NCBI GenBank assembly: GCA_051362555.1
Contig: CM120640.1
Location: 54,042,788-54,106,787, forward strand
Source: Lingula anatina
Taxonomy: Eukaryota > Animalia > Brachiopoda
Direction: 5' to 3'
Length of the DNA stretch: 64,000 nucleotides
A program made the translations under genes and the position numbers. How positions within the stretch are numbered: the first letter of the stretch is position 1; every line of letters starts with the position of its first letter. Positions 63,774-64,000 of this stretch are shown one piece after another. The notes under the pieces were generated by a model. It was not told the DNA's origin. It searched no databases and saw only the letters and a program-made list of their open reading frames with translations.

Positions 63774-64000
63774 TTAAAGGGATAATAACTCTTCGTATGA
63801 GATCTATATTTCACAATAAAAACATTGTGAATAGCTCATAGAAATATAATATATTCTGTTTTACCACAAAAATGGCAGTTATAGCTATTATTCTGATATC
63901 TGAGCTTGTCTTTAGACCACGTGACCTCCATTGATGGCTATACTTTTTAGAAAAAAAACAGGGACTAACTTTGAATGTAAAAATGGATTCATTAACCATT
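63774..64000 (-). mobile_element. TTAA-type MITE, copy of 36260-36539, cut by window end
   Basis: ttaaagggata terminus; colinear reverse-complement match. Confidence 0.8.

Noticed and set aside
55402-64000. Possible further LRRK WD40 exons (e.g. acceptors at ~56403, ~59773)
   Set aside because: They hit stops without a convincing donor or WD40-like sequence; not supportable.

Overview
AT-rich, intron-rich animal (invertebrate-type) genomic DNA; the ORF track mostly shows exon fragments and repeat-derived noise. Three host genes can be reconstructed by hand from splice sites. (1) A 5-exon Shisa-like/STMC6 single-pass membrane protein gene on the minus strand (25047->16352, 219 aa). (2) A head-to-head LRRK1-like ROCO kinase gene on the plus strand (ANK-LRR-ROC-COR-kinase-start of WD40; 27 exons traced from 25487 to 55401, about 1690 aa, 3' end not found in the window). 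(3) A LicD-family phosphotransferase with an intronless CDS on the minus strand (56842-57786), apparently nested in an LRRK intron. The rest is dense with mobile DNA: a frameshifted RTE-X-like LINE, a head-to-tail dimer of a Helentron-associated (HINE/DINE-1-like) element carrying about 35 copies of a 146-bp satellite unit, an older one-unit relative of it, four CAG..CTG MITEs with 5-bp TSDs, hairpin MITEs with 9-bp TSDs, TTAA-flanked elements, fold-back MITEs and two ~3-kb TIR elements. The most notable observations are the satellite-building HINE dimer whose unit carries a perfect nuclear-receptor DR1 site, two dead LRR exon copies whose divergence is mostly synonymous, the nested LicD gene and the shared Shisa/LRRK promoter. 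All coordinates and counts were read by eye and no database searches were run.
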